DNA of 64,000 nucleotides from a plasmid: sequence record NZ_CP024587.1; one strand, 5' to 3'. Shown piece by piece: positions 18,089 to 26,880 of this stretch (position 1 is its first letter; each line of letters starts with the position of its first letter). The notes under the pieces were generated by a model. It saw only the letters and a program-made list of their open reading frames with translations, ran no database searches and was not told where the DNA came from. The position numbers and the translations under genes were made by a program.

Positions 18089-19279
18089 ATGCGAAACACC
18101 CCCCGAACGCTCGTCGTCGCACTCACCCTCGGTGGCGGCCTGTCCATGGCGGCGCCGCCCGCGGCGCATGCCGAGTGGCCGACCTTCGACGCCATCACCC
18201 ATGCCTTGCTGACCCAGACGCAGCAGGTCCTCAACAACGCGATGAACCGCGTCTATGACAACATCACCAACATCGGAAACCTGATCGGCGACCGCGTTAC
18301 CAGCATGGGCAGCTTGCTGGACACCAAGCTCGGCGACGGCTTCACGCAGATCTCCAACTACCAGCGCGCGCAGATCAGTGCCGTCGGACAGATCGCCGAC
18401 GCCTCCAACACCGCCAACGCCCGGGTGATGCGGGATCGCCGCAACGCCGAGATCCGCGACGAGCACGCTCCCTCGCCACAGGCTTGCCTCGCGCTGGACA
18501 GCGGCCAGGCGACCACTGTCTCGCGCATCCAGGGCGACCGGATCGCCACCGCCATCAACACCGTCATGGATGCGCGCGGCGAGGGCGCCCAGGGCACGGC
18601 CGCCTGGTACGGGCAGGCCCAATCCATGACCTCCAGCAACGCGCTCCACCTCGCCCGCTACTGCACCGCCGACGAGGCCGCCGCGAGCCTCTGCACTATG
18701 TCGGTCCGGCCCAATGCTGACGTGCGCGCCGCCACCTTCAACCAGGAGGTCTATACCGACGTCGACGAGGTGAACGCGGCCAATGACTATGCCACCAACG
18801 TCGTGCAGCCCGTCGTGCCGGCTGCCCTGCGCGGCGACCACCTGAGCTCCGTCGAGGGGCAGAATGCCTCTGCCCTCCGCCGCGCCTACGACGCCCGCAT
18901 GTCCCTGGCCCGCTCGGTCTTCACCACGCAGATTGCCATGAATGCGCCGGCCGTGACGCTGAACGAGGCACAGCGCGCCCTGATTACCGCGCGAGGCGGC
19001 ACGCCGCCCGATGCCAGCTCTTGGATGCAGGTCCTCTCCCTGGAGGTGGACCGGCGCTTCTCTGACACCGGCTGGGCGTCGTCGCTGCAGGCCATGCCGC
19101 CCGCGGCCGTCTCCCGCGAGATCGCCGCCCAGCTCGCCCTCTCCAACTACCTTGCCCTGCAGAACCTGCGGGTCGGCCAGCAGATCGCGGCCGTCGGCGC
19201 CGCCAATCTCGCGGTCGCCACCGAGCGCGGCTTCCCCGGCATCGTCCCCGTCCCCTCCCCCTCCTTCGCGACCAACTGA
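18089..19279 (+). CDS. Secreted hypothetical protein (396 aa), possible periplasmic T4BSS component (IcmX/TraW analog?)
   Basis: Signal peptide ...LSMAAPPAAHAEW, strong GC3 bias, RBS-like GAGGAG upstream. No recognisable motif. Confidence 0.45.
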   Translation: MRNTPRTLVVALTLGGGLSMAAPPAAHAEWPTFDAITHALLTQTQQVLNNAMNRVYDNITNIGNLIGDRVTSMGSLLDTKLGDGFTQISNYQRAQISAVGQIADASNTANARVMRDRRNAEIRDEHAPSPQACLALDSGQATTVSRIQGDRIATAINTVMDARGEGAQGTAAWYGQAQSMTSSNALHLARYCTADEAAASLCTMSVRPNADVRAATFNQEVYTDVDEVNAANDYATNVVQPVVPAALRGDHLSSVEGQNASALRRAYDARMSLARSVFTTQIAMNAPAVTLNEAQRALITARGGTPPDASSWMQVLSLEVDRRFSDTGWASSLQAMPPAAVSREIAAQLALSNYLALQNLRVGQQIAAVGAANLAVATERGFPGIVPVPSPSFATN

Positions 19280-19291
19280 GGAGCCACAGGC

Positions 19292-20725
19292 ATGTCCGCC
19301 ACCCTGAACGAGCCGCCGCGCGCGACCCAACGCGGCCCCGACCCGCTCCGCGAGGTCTTCGACCGGATGAACGAGGCGCGGGGCGTCCTGGCCGGCCACG
19401 ATCCGAAGCTCAGCCAGCAGATCAACGAGGTCACACGCCTGCTGCACCAGCCCGACACCCTCCGCGATGCTGCGCTGCTCACCCGGGCGGCCTATGTCTA
19501 CCAGGATTTTACCCGGCTGGCGGGTCCCGTCGCCGGCGTGCCGGACAACCTGCGCGCCGAGCTGGGCCGCCTCGCCGGCTCGGCGCCCGGCCTCGCCAAC
19601 GAGCGCATCCACGACCTTCTGCGCGAGGTGCCGGGCCTGCGGGATCGCTCGCTGGTCCATTCGATCCGCTCCCTGGCCGTCGCCACCGGAAAGGAGGGCG
19701 GCGATCAGCACCGTCCGGACGTGCTGGACAAGGTGGAGACCTTGGAGCGACGCGTCATGGCCGTCTCGCCGGGCTTCGGCGGCCTCGCGGCCCGGCATGC
19801 ACAGCCCGATCTCGCCACGGCGGCGCCTGCCCCGACCTCCCCGGCGCCCACAGGCGGCGGGGCGCCAGGGACCACGCGTGGCTCCTCGCCCGAGGAAAGG
19901 GTCCAGGCCAGCGCCTCTCCTGGCGAAGGCGCGCGCCAGGCACGCCAGTCCGAAGCGGTCCAGCCCGCTCCGGCGGCCCAGGCAGCGACGCCGGCCGGCC
20001 GCTCCCCGGAAGCCCAGCCGGCAACGGCCGCCCAGACAGCGCCGGCAGCCCAACCGGCGACGGCCGTGCCGGCGAGCCCGGTCGAGCGTCTGGTCGCGGC
20101 CATGGTGCCGCCGCGTCCGAGCAGCCCGCCCTGGGAACCGACGCCCACGCAGCTCGGCGAACGTCTCGCCAACTATCTTGGCAACCGGGCCGACAACAAG
20201 GCGCTGGAGGCGGCCGAAGCCTCGGGGCAGCGTGCCATCGAGGCGCTGCGCGGTTTTGCCCAGGGTGTCGGCGCGGCGGTGATGGCCCGCATCAACGAGG
20301 CGGCACGTAGCGACCCCCGTGGCGTAGAGGGCGTCCTGTCCGAGATGCGCGAAGGCGGCCGGCACGCCGAGCTGCGCTCGCAGTTCAACAACGCTCTCGT
20401 CCAGGAGAAGGGAGTTGCCGCCGCCTACGACGCAGCCGCCTCGGCGGTGCGGCAGTATGGCAGCGATCGCCAGGCGGCCGAGGCGGTCGTCCTGAAGCGC
20501 TCCGAGCCGGCGACGCTGGCCGGGCGCTTCGAGCGGCTCGACGCCGCCATCGGCGAGGCGGCGTCGCACCTGCCCTCGCGCCAGGAGGGCAAGAGCGTGG
20601 TGGACGAGCTCGGCCAGAAGGTTGCGGACCTCGTCCGCCGGGCCGTCGATGGCATCCGCAACGTCTTCCAGCAGGACCAGCGGCCGGCCGCCTCGGCGTC
20701 CTCCTCTCCCTCGCCTGGGCCGTAG
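19292..20725 (+). CDS. Hypothetical protein (477 aa) with central Ala/Pro-rich low-complexity linker
   Basis: GAGGAG RBS 8 nt upstream, high GC3. Two helical domains separated by a PA-rich spacer. Confidence 0.45.
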   Translation: MSATLNEPPRATQRGPDPLREVFDRMNEARGVLAGHDPKLSQQINEVTRLLHQPDTLRDAALLTRAAYVYQDFTRLAGPVAGVPDNLRAELGRLAGSAPGLANERIHDLLREVPGLRDRSLVHSIRSLAVATGKEGGDQHRPDVLDKVETLERRVMAVSPGFGGLAARHAQPDLATAAPAPTSPAPTGGGAPGTTRGSSPEERVQASASPGEGARQARQSEAVQPAPAAQAATPAGRSPEAQPATAAQTAPAAQPATAVPASPVERLVAAMVPPRPSSPPWEPTPTQLGERLANYLGNRADNKALEAAEASGQRAIEALRGFAQGVGAAVMARINEAARSDPRGVEGVLSEMREGGRHAELRSQFNNALVQEKGVAAAYDAAASAVRQYGSDRQAAEAVVLKRSEPATLAGRFERLDAAIGEAASHLPSRQEGKSVVDELGQKVADLVRRAVDGIRNVFQQDQRPAASASSSPSPGP

Positions 20726-20798
20726 GGTCATCGGTCAAGGAGCATGGACCGCTCAGGGAAAAAAGTGGACCTAAGAGCGTGGGGTTGGACCATTGAAC

Positions 20799-21840
20799 GG
20801 CGTTGTTGCGTAAATCTTGCAGGTAGGCCTACATGAGCAAGGCATCGTCACGGGGTGAGCGGCCGAAGACCCGCTACCGGACCCGGAACTGGGGGGAGTA
20901 TGACCGTGGTCTTATTGCCCGGAGCGACCTGACGGTGTGGATCTCGCCTGACCTGGCGTGGCACGCCGCCGAGGGGACGGGTCGGCGGGGACGGCCACCA
21001 ACGTTCAGCGATGCGGCGATCCAGGCAGTGCTGACGCTGAAGGTGCTGTGCCAGCTTCCACTGCGGGCGGCCCAGGGCATGGCGGGGAGCCTGATCCAGC
21101 TGGCGGGCCTCGACTGGAGGGTGCCGCATTACAGCACCCTCTTGGGGCGTCAGAAGGACCTCACCGTCGTCATCCCCTACCGCCCACGGGGCGGACCGCT
21201 GCACCTCGTCATCGACAGCACGAGCCTGAAGGTGCTGGGCGAGGGCGAGTGGAAGGTGAGGAAGCACGGGGCCGACAAGCGGCGGGTCTGGCGCAAGGTG
21301 CACCTGGTGATCGACGCTGATAGTCACGAGGTCAGGGCCATGGAGATGACCGACCACCGGCACGGGGACGGTGAGATCGTGCCGGGCCTGCTGGCACAGT
21401 TGCCGAAGGCCGAGCGGATCGGCGTCATCAGCGGCGACGGCGCCTACGACACTCGCGGCGTCTACGAGGCCTCTGCGGCTCGCCAGGCCGACTTGGTCGT
21501 GCCACCGCGGCGCAACGGCCAAGCTATGGAAAAGGCGAACCACGGGAGCGACAGAGCGGAACGAGACGCTGCGCGCGATCCGGCACCTCGGGCGGCGGCT
21601 GTGGAAGCGGTGGAGCGGCTATCACCGCCGCAGCCTGGCCGAGACGGCCATGTCACGCCTCAAGCGCCTGGGCGAACGCCTGTCAGCCCGTGATCCCGCC
21701 CGTCAGGTCGCCGAAGTTCAGATCCGCTGCGCCATCCTCAACACCTTCAACGCCCTTGGTATGCCCGACACCATCGTTCGCGCTTGATCAAACCATCAAA
21801 GACCAAGCCTCGCCCTCAGACTGAATTCCGCAACGGCGCC
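20799..21840 (+). mobile_element. IS5-family (IS1031/ISL2-like) insertion sequence, about 1.04 kb, imperfect terminal IRs GGCGTTGTTGCGTAAATC / GGCGCCGTTGCGGAATTC
   Basis: IRs read directly. Internal transposase with the typical C-terminus ...NETLRAIRHLGRRLWKRWSGYHRRSLAETAMSRLKRLGERL...GMPDTI. No clean TSD. Confidence 0.7.
20833..21787 (+). pseudogene. IS5-family transposase interrupted by a +1 frameshift near 21530
   Basis: N-terminal 230 aa in frame 0 (ORF 20833..21693), conserved C-terminus in frame +1 (ORF 21371..21787). Either a real frameshift or a sequencing error. Confidence 0.65.
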
Positions 21841-21951
21841 CGGGGGATCAGCTGATAGAGCCGCATGTCCGGATCAAGCCTCTGCTGTCGGATCAGATCC
21901 ATGATGGGGATCGAGTTCTGATGCCCGCAGCTGCAGAGCACTCGCAAGAAC

Positions 21952-22314
21952 ATGCTCTTGCGATACCAGAGCGGATCGACGGGCTTCGGGCTCCCGTCAA
22001 GGTGTCGGGACATAGGAATACCAGAACAATTAGTGAGCATTGTCGCACGAGGCGCTGCTGCCAGCTATATTCGCGCGATGGACCCTTTGAAGCTGCCGCC
22101 GCTCCGAGACGACGCGGACCGTCGCAAGTATCTCCTCGAGATCGACCGCCTGGTGCGGATGCGCTCGGCTCCCGGATCGGCGGAAGCAGCGAAGCTGGAA
22201 GCGTGGGGGAATGCACTGCGTGAGGACCAGGACCGAGATGTGGCCGCGCGTCATGCCGCTGTTCTGGAAGCGACGGGAAGACCGGCAGGAGTTCCGGCAG
22301 GCTGGAAGGCGTGA
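21952..22314 (+). CDS. Small hypothetical protein in low-GC cargo (likely start MDPLKLPP at about 22081)
   Basis: ORF in a lower-GC patch between IS copies; weak evidence. Confidence 0.2.
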   Translation: MLLRYQSGSTGFGLPSRCRDIGIPEQLVSIVARGAAASYIRAMDPLKLPPLRDDADRRKYLLEIDRLVRMRSAPGSAEAAKLEAWGNALREDQDRDVAARHAAVLEATGRPAGVPAGWKA

Positions 22315-22370
22315 TCGTCGGCCAAAACATTGAAAATCAAGGGCCACTCCTATAGGTAGGTGGCCCGGAG

Positions 22371-22775
22371 GTGGGTATGACACACCGATTCAATCTAGGC
22401 TTTTTGACGGGTGGGCATTTCAGCCGTCCTGTCAGCCGACTTATCGATGAGGACGAAGCACCGTTCGAGATGGCAAATTTGCGCCCTCAGACGACGGGGT
22501 TGCCGTTCGTCGTGTTCGTAAGCCAGCAAGGTGGCGCCAGACATGCCACGCGTATCAAGATAAGCAACCTTCCTTCCTTTAAGCCTGACCAAGCCGCTAC
22601 GATCACCCTGGATCATCCGCCACAGCTCATGCATGCCGAAAACGTCCGGATCACCAACAGAGAATTTGAGCAGTTGAAGCTCTGGATCGAACTGAACCGA
22701 GAAGTGATTGAGGGATTTTGGAACGGCTCGATCCCGTATATCGAAGATCTATTGCCTCAGATCAAGGCCGTCTGA
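22371..22775 (+). CDS. DUF4160-like small protein (low-GC cargo)
   Basis: GLPFVVFVSQQGGARHATRIKIS and ...NREFEQLKLWIELNREVIEGFW resemble the DUF4160 pattern (F.F.S.E..EP.HIHV ... W). Codon usage atypical for the window. Confidence 0.35.
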   Translation: MGMTHRFNLGFLTGGHFSRPVSRLIDEDEAPFEMANLRPQTTGLPFVVFVSQQGGARHATRIKISNLPSFKPDQAATITLDHPPQLMHAENVRITNREFEQLKLWIELNREVIEGFWNGSIPYIEDLLPQIKAV

Positions 22776-23172
22776 GGCAATGGGCTCGCGGCGGCATTAA
22801 CTGTCAAGAATGAGAGTTGAACCCATTTGTCTCTCATTTGGGCTGAATTCTGATAGATAGCGAGCATGTGCTATCCTTCGTGATTGTCATTGGCCCCACG
22901 CTCTGTAGCGATGCGGTCCTGCACCTTACCAAACCTGTTCAGCACATCAGGGTGGATGGCGACGACATCGATTGTCATGGCCTCTCTCCTGTGTCGGGGA
23001 TAGCTGTCGTTCGTGAAAGTCCGGCATCTCCGTCTCTCATTTCAGGCGAATTTTGAGAGATAGGCGGTTGCGGGGCGGCCTTGAGCATGTCCTCGTAAAG
23101 CTCTTGCGCCCATTTTTGGTGTGTTTTCCAAGCAGCGCCTACGTCACCAAGTAAATCTCGCATTTTCTTCGG

Positions 23173-23555
23173 CGTTGTTGCGTAAATCTTGCAGGTAGGC
23201 CTACATGAGCAAGGCATCGTCACGGGGTGAGCGGCCGAAGACCCGCTACCGGACCCGGAACTGGGGGGAGTATGACCGTGGTCTTATTGCCCGGAGCGAC
23301 CTGACGGTGTGGATCTCGCCTGACCTGGCGTGGCACGCCGCCGAAGGGACGGGTCGGCGGGGACGGCCACCAACGTTCAGCGATGCGGCGATCCAGGCAG
23401 TGCTGACGCTGAAGGTGCTGTGCCAGCTTCCACTGCGGGCGGCCCAGGGCATGGCGGGGAGCCTGATCCAGCTGGCGGGCCTCGACTGGAGGGTGCCGCA
23501 TTACAGCACCCTCTTGGGGCGTCAGAAGGACCTCACCGTCGTCATCCCCTACCCG
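23173..23555 (+). mobile_element. Truncated direct copy (first about 383 bp: left IR plus 117 codons) of the IS5-family element at 20799
   Basis: Identical nucleotide run ggcgttgttgcgtaaatcttgcaggtaggcctacatgagcaag... and identical first 117 aa. Diverges after ...VVIPY. Confidence 0.8.
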
Positions 23556-23625
23556 AGCAGTAGCTGGACGGCGCGGAGGTTGCCGGTGTGCCGGTAGATC
23601 AGGGCCTTGGGGTCGACAGCGACTA
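23556..23625 (-). pseudogene. Remnant of a tyrosine recombinase/integrase (C-terminal catalytic motif region) truncated by the IS fragment
   Basis: Minus-strand translation VDPKALIYRHTGNLRAVQLLLG matches the integrase box II region (LR.VQ.LLGH). Only about 22 codons remain. Confidence 0.3.
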
Positions 23626-23731
23626 GCGGCCACTGCAGCGAAGAGCATTGGTGGCTAATCGGATTTTCAACTTAGGCCTGTTCGCATCGGCGGCGTGCAT
23701 CCTCGCAGCCCAACCCCGCCGCGAGGACACG

Positions 23732-26059
23732 ATGCGCCGTAGAACCCTGATGGCCCTGGCGACCCTGGTGCCGGCCTTGCTCCTGGCAGGGCCGGCACTG
23801 GCCCAGGGAACGGGCGTGAACCTCAGTTGGTCCGCCCTCGATCCCGGCGACGACTGGGCCGCGACCGTCATCCGCTCGGTCTTCCCCATCGACGGCTCGA
23901 CCGGCACGGTCAGCACCGGCAATGCCGCCACGGTGATCGGCACCCTGGTCCGCTCCCTCACCGGCTTCGTGGCAGCCATCGCCATGTTCTATCTCGTCTA
24001 CTCCATGATCATGCAGATCTGGCGCGGCGCGGAGACGTCGCGCCTGCTCACCGACGGCATGAGCGGCATGGCCGCCCTCCGTCTCGGTGCCGCTGCGATC
24101 TTCATGTTTCCGCTGGCCAACGGCTTCTCGACTGGTCAGGCGGCCGTGGTGCAGGCCTCGATGTGGGGCATCGGCATGGCCAAAACGGTCTACACCTCGG
24201 CGGTGACGGCCATCGGTGCCGATGCCCGCGTCATCGCCGAGCCCATCGTCCCCGGCAGCCGGACCATCGTGGCGGGGTTGATCCGCAACGAGCTCTGCCG
24301 GGCCCTGGTCAACGCCGCCGCCAACAACGCCAACCTCGTGCCGGCGCCGGGCCCGATCTCCTCGGGCGGGGTCGGCAACGTCCCTGGCTTCGACACCTGG
24401 GCCTACCGGATGTCCAGCGGCAACGAGACCGGCGCGCCGGTCTGCGGCACCGTGACCCTGGCCAAGGCCAGCGGCACCAACACCGTCGCCGGGGTCGATG
24501 TCGGCATGGCCGACAAGCAGCGCCAGATCCTGACCACGGTGCTGACCGGAACGATCCGCCCGCAGGTCGAGAGTGTGGCACAACAGTTCTATGCCGACCG
24601 CCGCGCGGCCGATCTGCAGCCCCTGATGAGCGTTCTGACGTCCGCCACCAGCCAGTACAACAGCCAGCTCACCGCCGCCGCCAGCAGCGCCATGAGCAGC
24701 ATCCGCAGCGCGTTGCAGGATGCCCGTGGCAGCGGTGCCACGCCCGATGCCACTTCGATCCGGTTGAGTGCGCTCGGCTGGTCGGCCGCCGGTGCCTACT
24801 ACCTGGAGTTCTCCCGCCTCAACGGCGCCACGCTGTCGTTGATGAGCGGCGTGCCCCGCGTCGAGCGTCCCTCCTATCTCGGCCTCGGCCCCGCCCTGAC
24901 CGCCGACGTGACACCCCTCTCCGCGGCGGCCGAGGCCTTCATGGAGCGGGTAAGCGCCTACGTCGCCACCACCGACCAGACCAACACGCCGTTCGGCGGC
25001 TCGGGCCTGTTCTCCGGCGCCTCGCCGGCCGAGGATGGCGCCGGCATGGTCGAGCGGGTCTTCCGCTCGCTGGGCCTGAGCGAACGCATCCTGTCCCTCG
25101 TCACCAACTACTTCGTCACCCCCGGCACCAGCGTCTGGATCGACCCGTTCGGCAACCTGATGCAACTCGGCCACGCCATGGTCGCGACCGCCATGGGCGC
25201 GCTCGGGACAGCTGGCATCGGCGTGGGAGGCACGAACGCCGTGGGCACCGCCCTCGGCGGCGTGCCGGTGCTGGGTGGGGTCCTGGCGGCCGGATTCACC
25301 GGGCTGGGCAAGGTGCTGGAGTTCCTCGGCCCGGCGATCTTCGCGTTGATCTCGGGCCTGCTGATCCCCGGCCTGACCATCGCCTACGTCCTGCCCCTCA
25401 TCCCCTTCCTGATCTGGGTCGCGGGCGTCGCCGGCTGGCTGATCCTGGTGTGCGAGGCGGTCATCGCGGTGCCGCTGTGGATGCTGGCGCACATGACCAT
25501 GCGCGGCGAGGGCCTCCACGGCACCGCGACGGAAGGCTACTCGCTGCTGTTCAACGTGCTGTTCCGCCCGGTGCTGATGCTGCTCGGGCTGTTCGTCGGC
25601 TACTTCATCTTCGCCAGCATGTCGTGGCTGCTGCGCCTGAGCTTCGGGGTGGCGACGGGCTTCGTGCTGGGCAACGGCTGGGTGGTGACCAACGTGCTGG
25701 GCGTCGTGGTGCTGCTCTGCATCTTTGTCCTCGCCCACGTCGTCCTGGCGCTGATGTCCTTCCGGATGATCTCCCTGGTGCCCCACCACATCCCGCGCCT
25801 GATCGGCTTCCTGCCGGCCAACCGGGTGGACATGGACGGATTCAGCCGGGATGCGGCCCTGGTTGGCGCTGCTGGGGCGCTAGAGCGGATTCAAGGGGCT
25901 GTCACGCCAAGGGTAGGCAAGCAGGGCTCTGCTGGCGGATCCATAAACGGTCCACAGCACGGGACTGAACGCCCTCGCCTTGCCACTAATCCAAGTGATA
26001 GTATGGACTCCACGCTGAGGGCCGCGACCGACATCTCGCCATCTCAGAGGGAGGGCTAG
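23732..26059 (+). CDS. dotA: DotA/TraY-like polytopic inner-membrane T4BSS protein (about 775 aa)
   Basis: Signal/TM MRRRTLMALATLVPALLLAGPALAQ, large periplasmic domain, then about 6 C-terminal TM helices (...LIPFLIWVAGVAGWLILVCEAVIAVPLWMLAHM...). Size like R64 TraY. Confidence 0.75.
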   Translation: MRRRTLMALATLVPALLLAGPALAQGTGVNLSWSALDPGDDWAATVIRSVFPIDGSTGTVSTGNAATVIGTLVRSLTGFVAAIAMFYLVYSMIMQIWRGAETSRLLTDGMSGMAALRLGAAAIFMFPLANGFSTGQAAVVQASMWGIGMAKTVYTSAVTAIGADARVIAEPIVPGSRTIVAGLIRNELCRALVNAAANNANLVPAPGPISSGGVGNVPGFDTWAYRMSSGNETGAPVCGTVTLAKASGTNTVAGVDVGMADKQRQILTTVLTGTIRPQVESVAQQFYADRRAADLQPLMSVLTSATSQYNSQLTAAASSAMSSIRSALQDARGSGATPDATSIRLSALGWSAAGAYYLEFSRLNGATLSLMSGVPRVERPSYLGLGPALTADVTPLSAAAEAFMERVSAYVATTDQTNTPFGGSGLFSGASPAEDGAGMVERVFRSLGLSERILSLVTNYFVTPGTSVWIDPFGNLMQLGHAMVATAMGALGTAGIGVGGTNAVGTALGGVPVLGGVLAAGFTGLGKVLEFLGPAIFALISGLLIPGLTIAYVLPLIPFLIWVAGVAGWLILVCEAVIAVPLWMLAHMTMRGEGLHGTATEGYSLLFNVLFRPVLMLLGLFVGYFIFASMSWLLRLSFGVATGFVLGNGWVVTNVLGVVVLLCIFVLAHVVLALMSFRMISLVPHHIPRLIGFLPANRVDMDGFSRDAALVGAAGALERIQGAVTPRVGKQGSAGGSINGPQHGTERPRLATNPSDSMDSTLRAATDISPSQREG

Positions 26060-26506
26060 ATGGACGACCATGAAACTGGAATCAGTGGCGCCGCTGGTTA
26101 CCTTCTGGGGAGGATTGCGGCAGAGAGTGCGCAAAACCAAGCGCAGTTCCGGGAATACCTACAGTCGCGCTTTTCCTCTCGCCGCCCGCAGCGCTCCTAT
26201 GACGCTGGTGACGTAGAAAGCGCTATCGCGGAGTGGAAGGCGGTCGTCCAGTCTCTCGAAACCGCTATCCAGCGACTACGCGAGCAGGGTGTCGCTGTCG
26301 TGACGGAGCGCAACCAATGGCGCGACTATGCGCGGGCCGTTGAGGGCGAGCGGGAAGCCTTGCGAACCCAGGCCAGCGCGCTGCAGGACAACAAGTTCCG
26401 GCTTCTGGATCGCGTCGTCGACCTGGAAGCGGAAAACTCCGGACTGCTGGAAGACGTGGAGATGCTTCGCGCCGAGGTGGCCCGGCTCAGGAACGGGACC
26501 GACTAG
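26060..26506 (+). CDS. Coiled-coil hypothetical protein translationally coupled to dotA (TAGATGG)
   Basis: Start abuts the dotA stop. Heptad-like C-terminus (LLDRVVDLEAENSGLLEDVEMLRAEVARLRNG). Confidence 0.45.
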   Translation: MDDHETGISGAAGYLLGRIAAESAQNQAQFREYLQSRFSSRRPQRSYDAGDVESAIAEWKAVVQSLETAIQRLREQGVAVVTERNQWRDYARAVEGEREALRTQASALQDNKFRLLDRVVDLEAENSGLLEDVEMLRAEVARLRNGTD

Positions 26507-26562
26507 CCCCGGCCGTTCGCACCGGGGCCGGGCAGCATGGTGCCACAACCAGGACAGGCCCC

Positions 26563-26880
26563 ATGCTCCCCTCCCGATCCGCCCTCCTCGCCGCCCTCGC
26601 CGCCCTCTCCCTCGCGGCCTGCAGCAGCGGCAACGTCCGCACCACCAGCAGCTACAATGCCCCGGCGGCGCCCTCTGTCAGCAACCCCAATTACGATCCC
26701 TTTGCCGCGCCCGGCACGGTCAACGCCACATGGGCGCCGCCCGTGCTCAACCGCAACGGCACCATTGTCAAACCCAACGACCCACGTGGCGCCATGGCTG
26801 GCCGGCCCGACTACGAACATGCCCCCTGGGCGACCGGGGCCGCGGGCGGTGCAGTCTACGCTCCCCCCGGCACCTTCTAG
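26563..26880 (+). CDS. Small lipoprotein (105 aa)
   Basis: Lipobox LAALSLAAC. Confidence 0.45.
   Translation: MLPSRSALLAALAALSLAACSSGNVRTTSSYNAPAAPSVSNPNYDPFAAPGTVNATWAPPVLNRNGTIVKPNDPRGAMAGRPDYEHAPWATGAAGGAVYAPPGTF

Noticed and set aside
17237-20731. 1164-aa minus-strand ORF spanning 3.5 kb
   Set aside because: Arg/Gly/Asp-rich composition typical of antisense translation in high-GC DNA. The plus strand carries four tightly spaced genes with signal peptides, RBS-like sequences and strong GC3 bias.
21816-22330. Minus-strand ORFs 21816..22040 and 21893..22330 between the IS and the low-GC cargo
   Set aside because: Overlap each other and the plus-strand small ORF. Compositions are not convincingly protein-like. 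Insufficient evidence.
23672-25789. 705-aa minus-strand ORF and 713-aa plus-frame ORF 23827..25968 inside dotA
   Set aside because: Antisense and alternate-frame artefacts of the GC-rich dotA/traY gene. dotA (frame of 23648..26059) has TM helices and a signal peptide.
26507-26562. GC-rich hairpin CCCGGCC-N11-GGCCGGG after the dotA-coupled gene as a terminator
   Set aside because: The stem is present but no downstream T-tract, so it is not a confident intrinsic terminator. Left unannotated.
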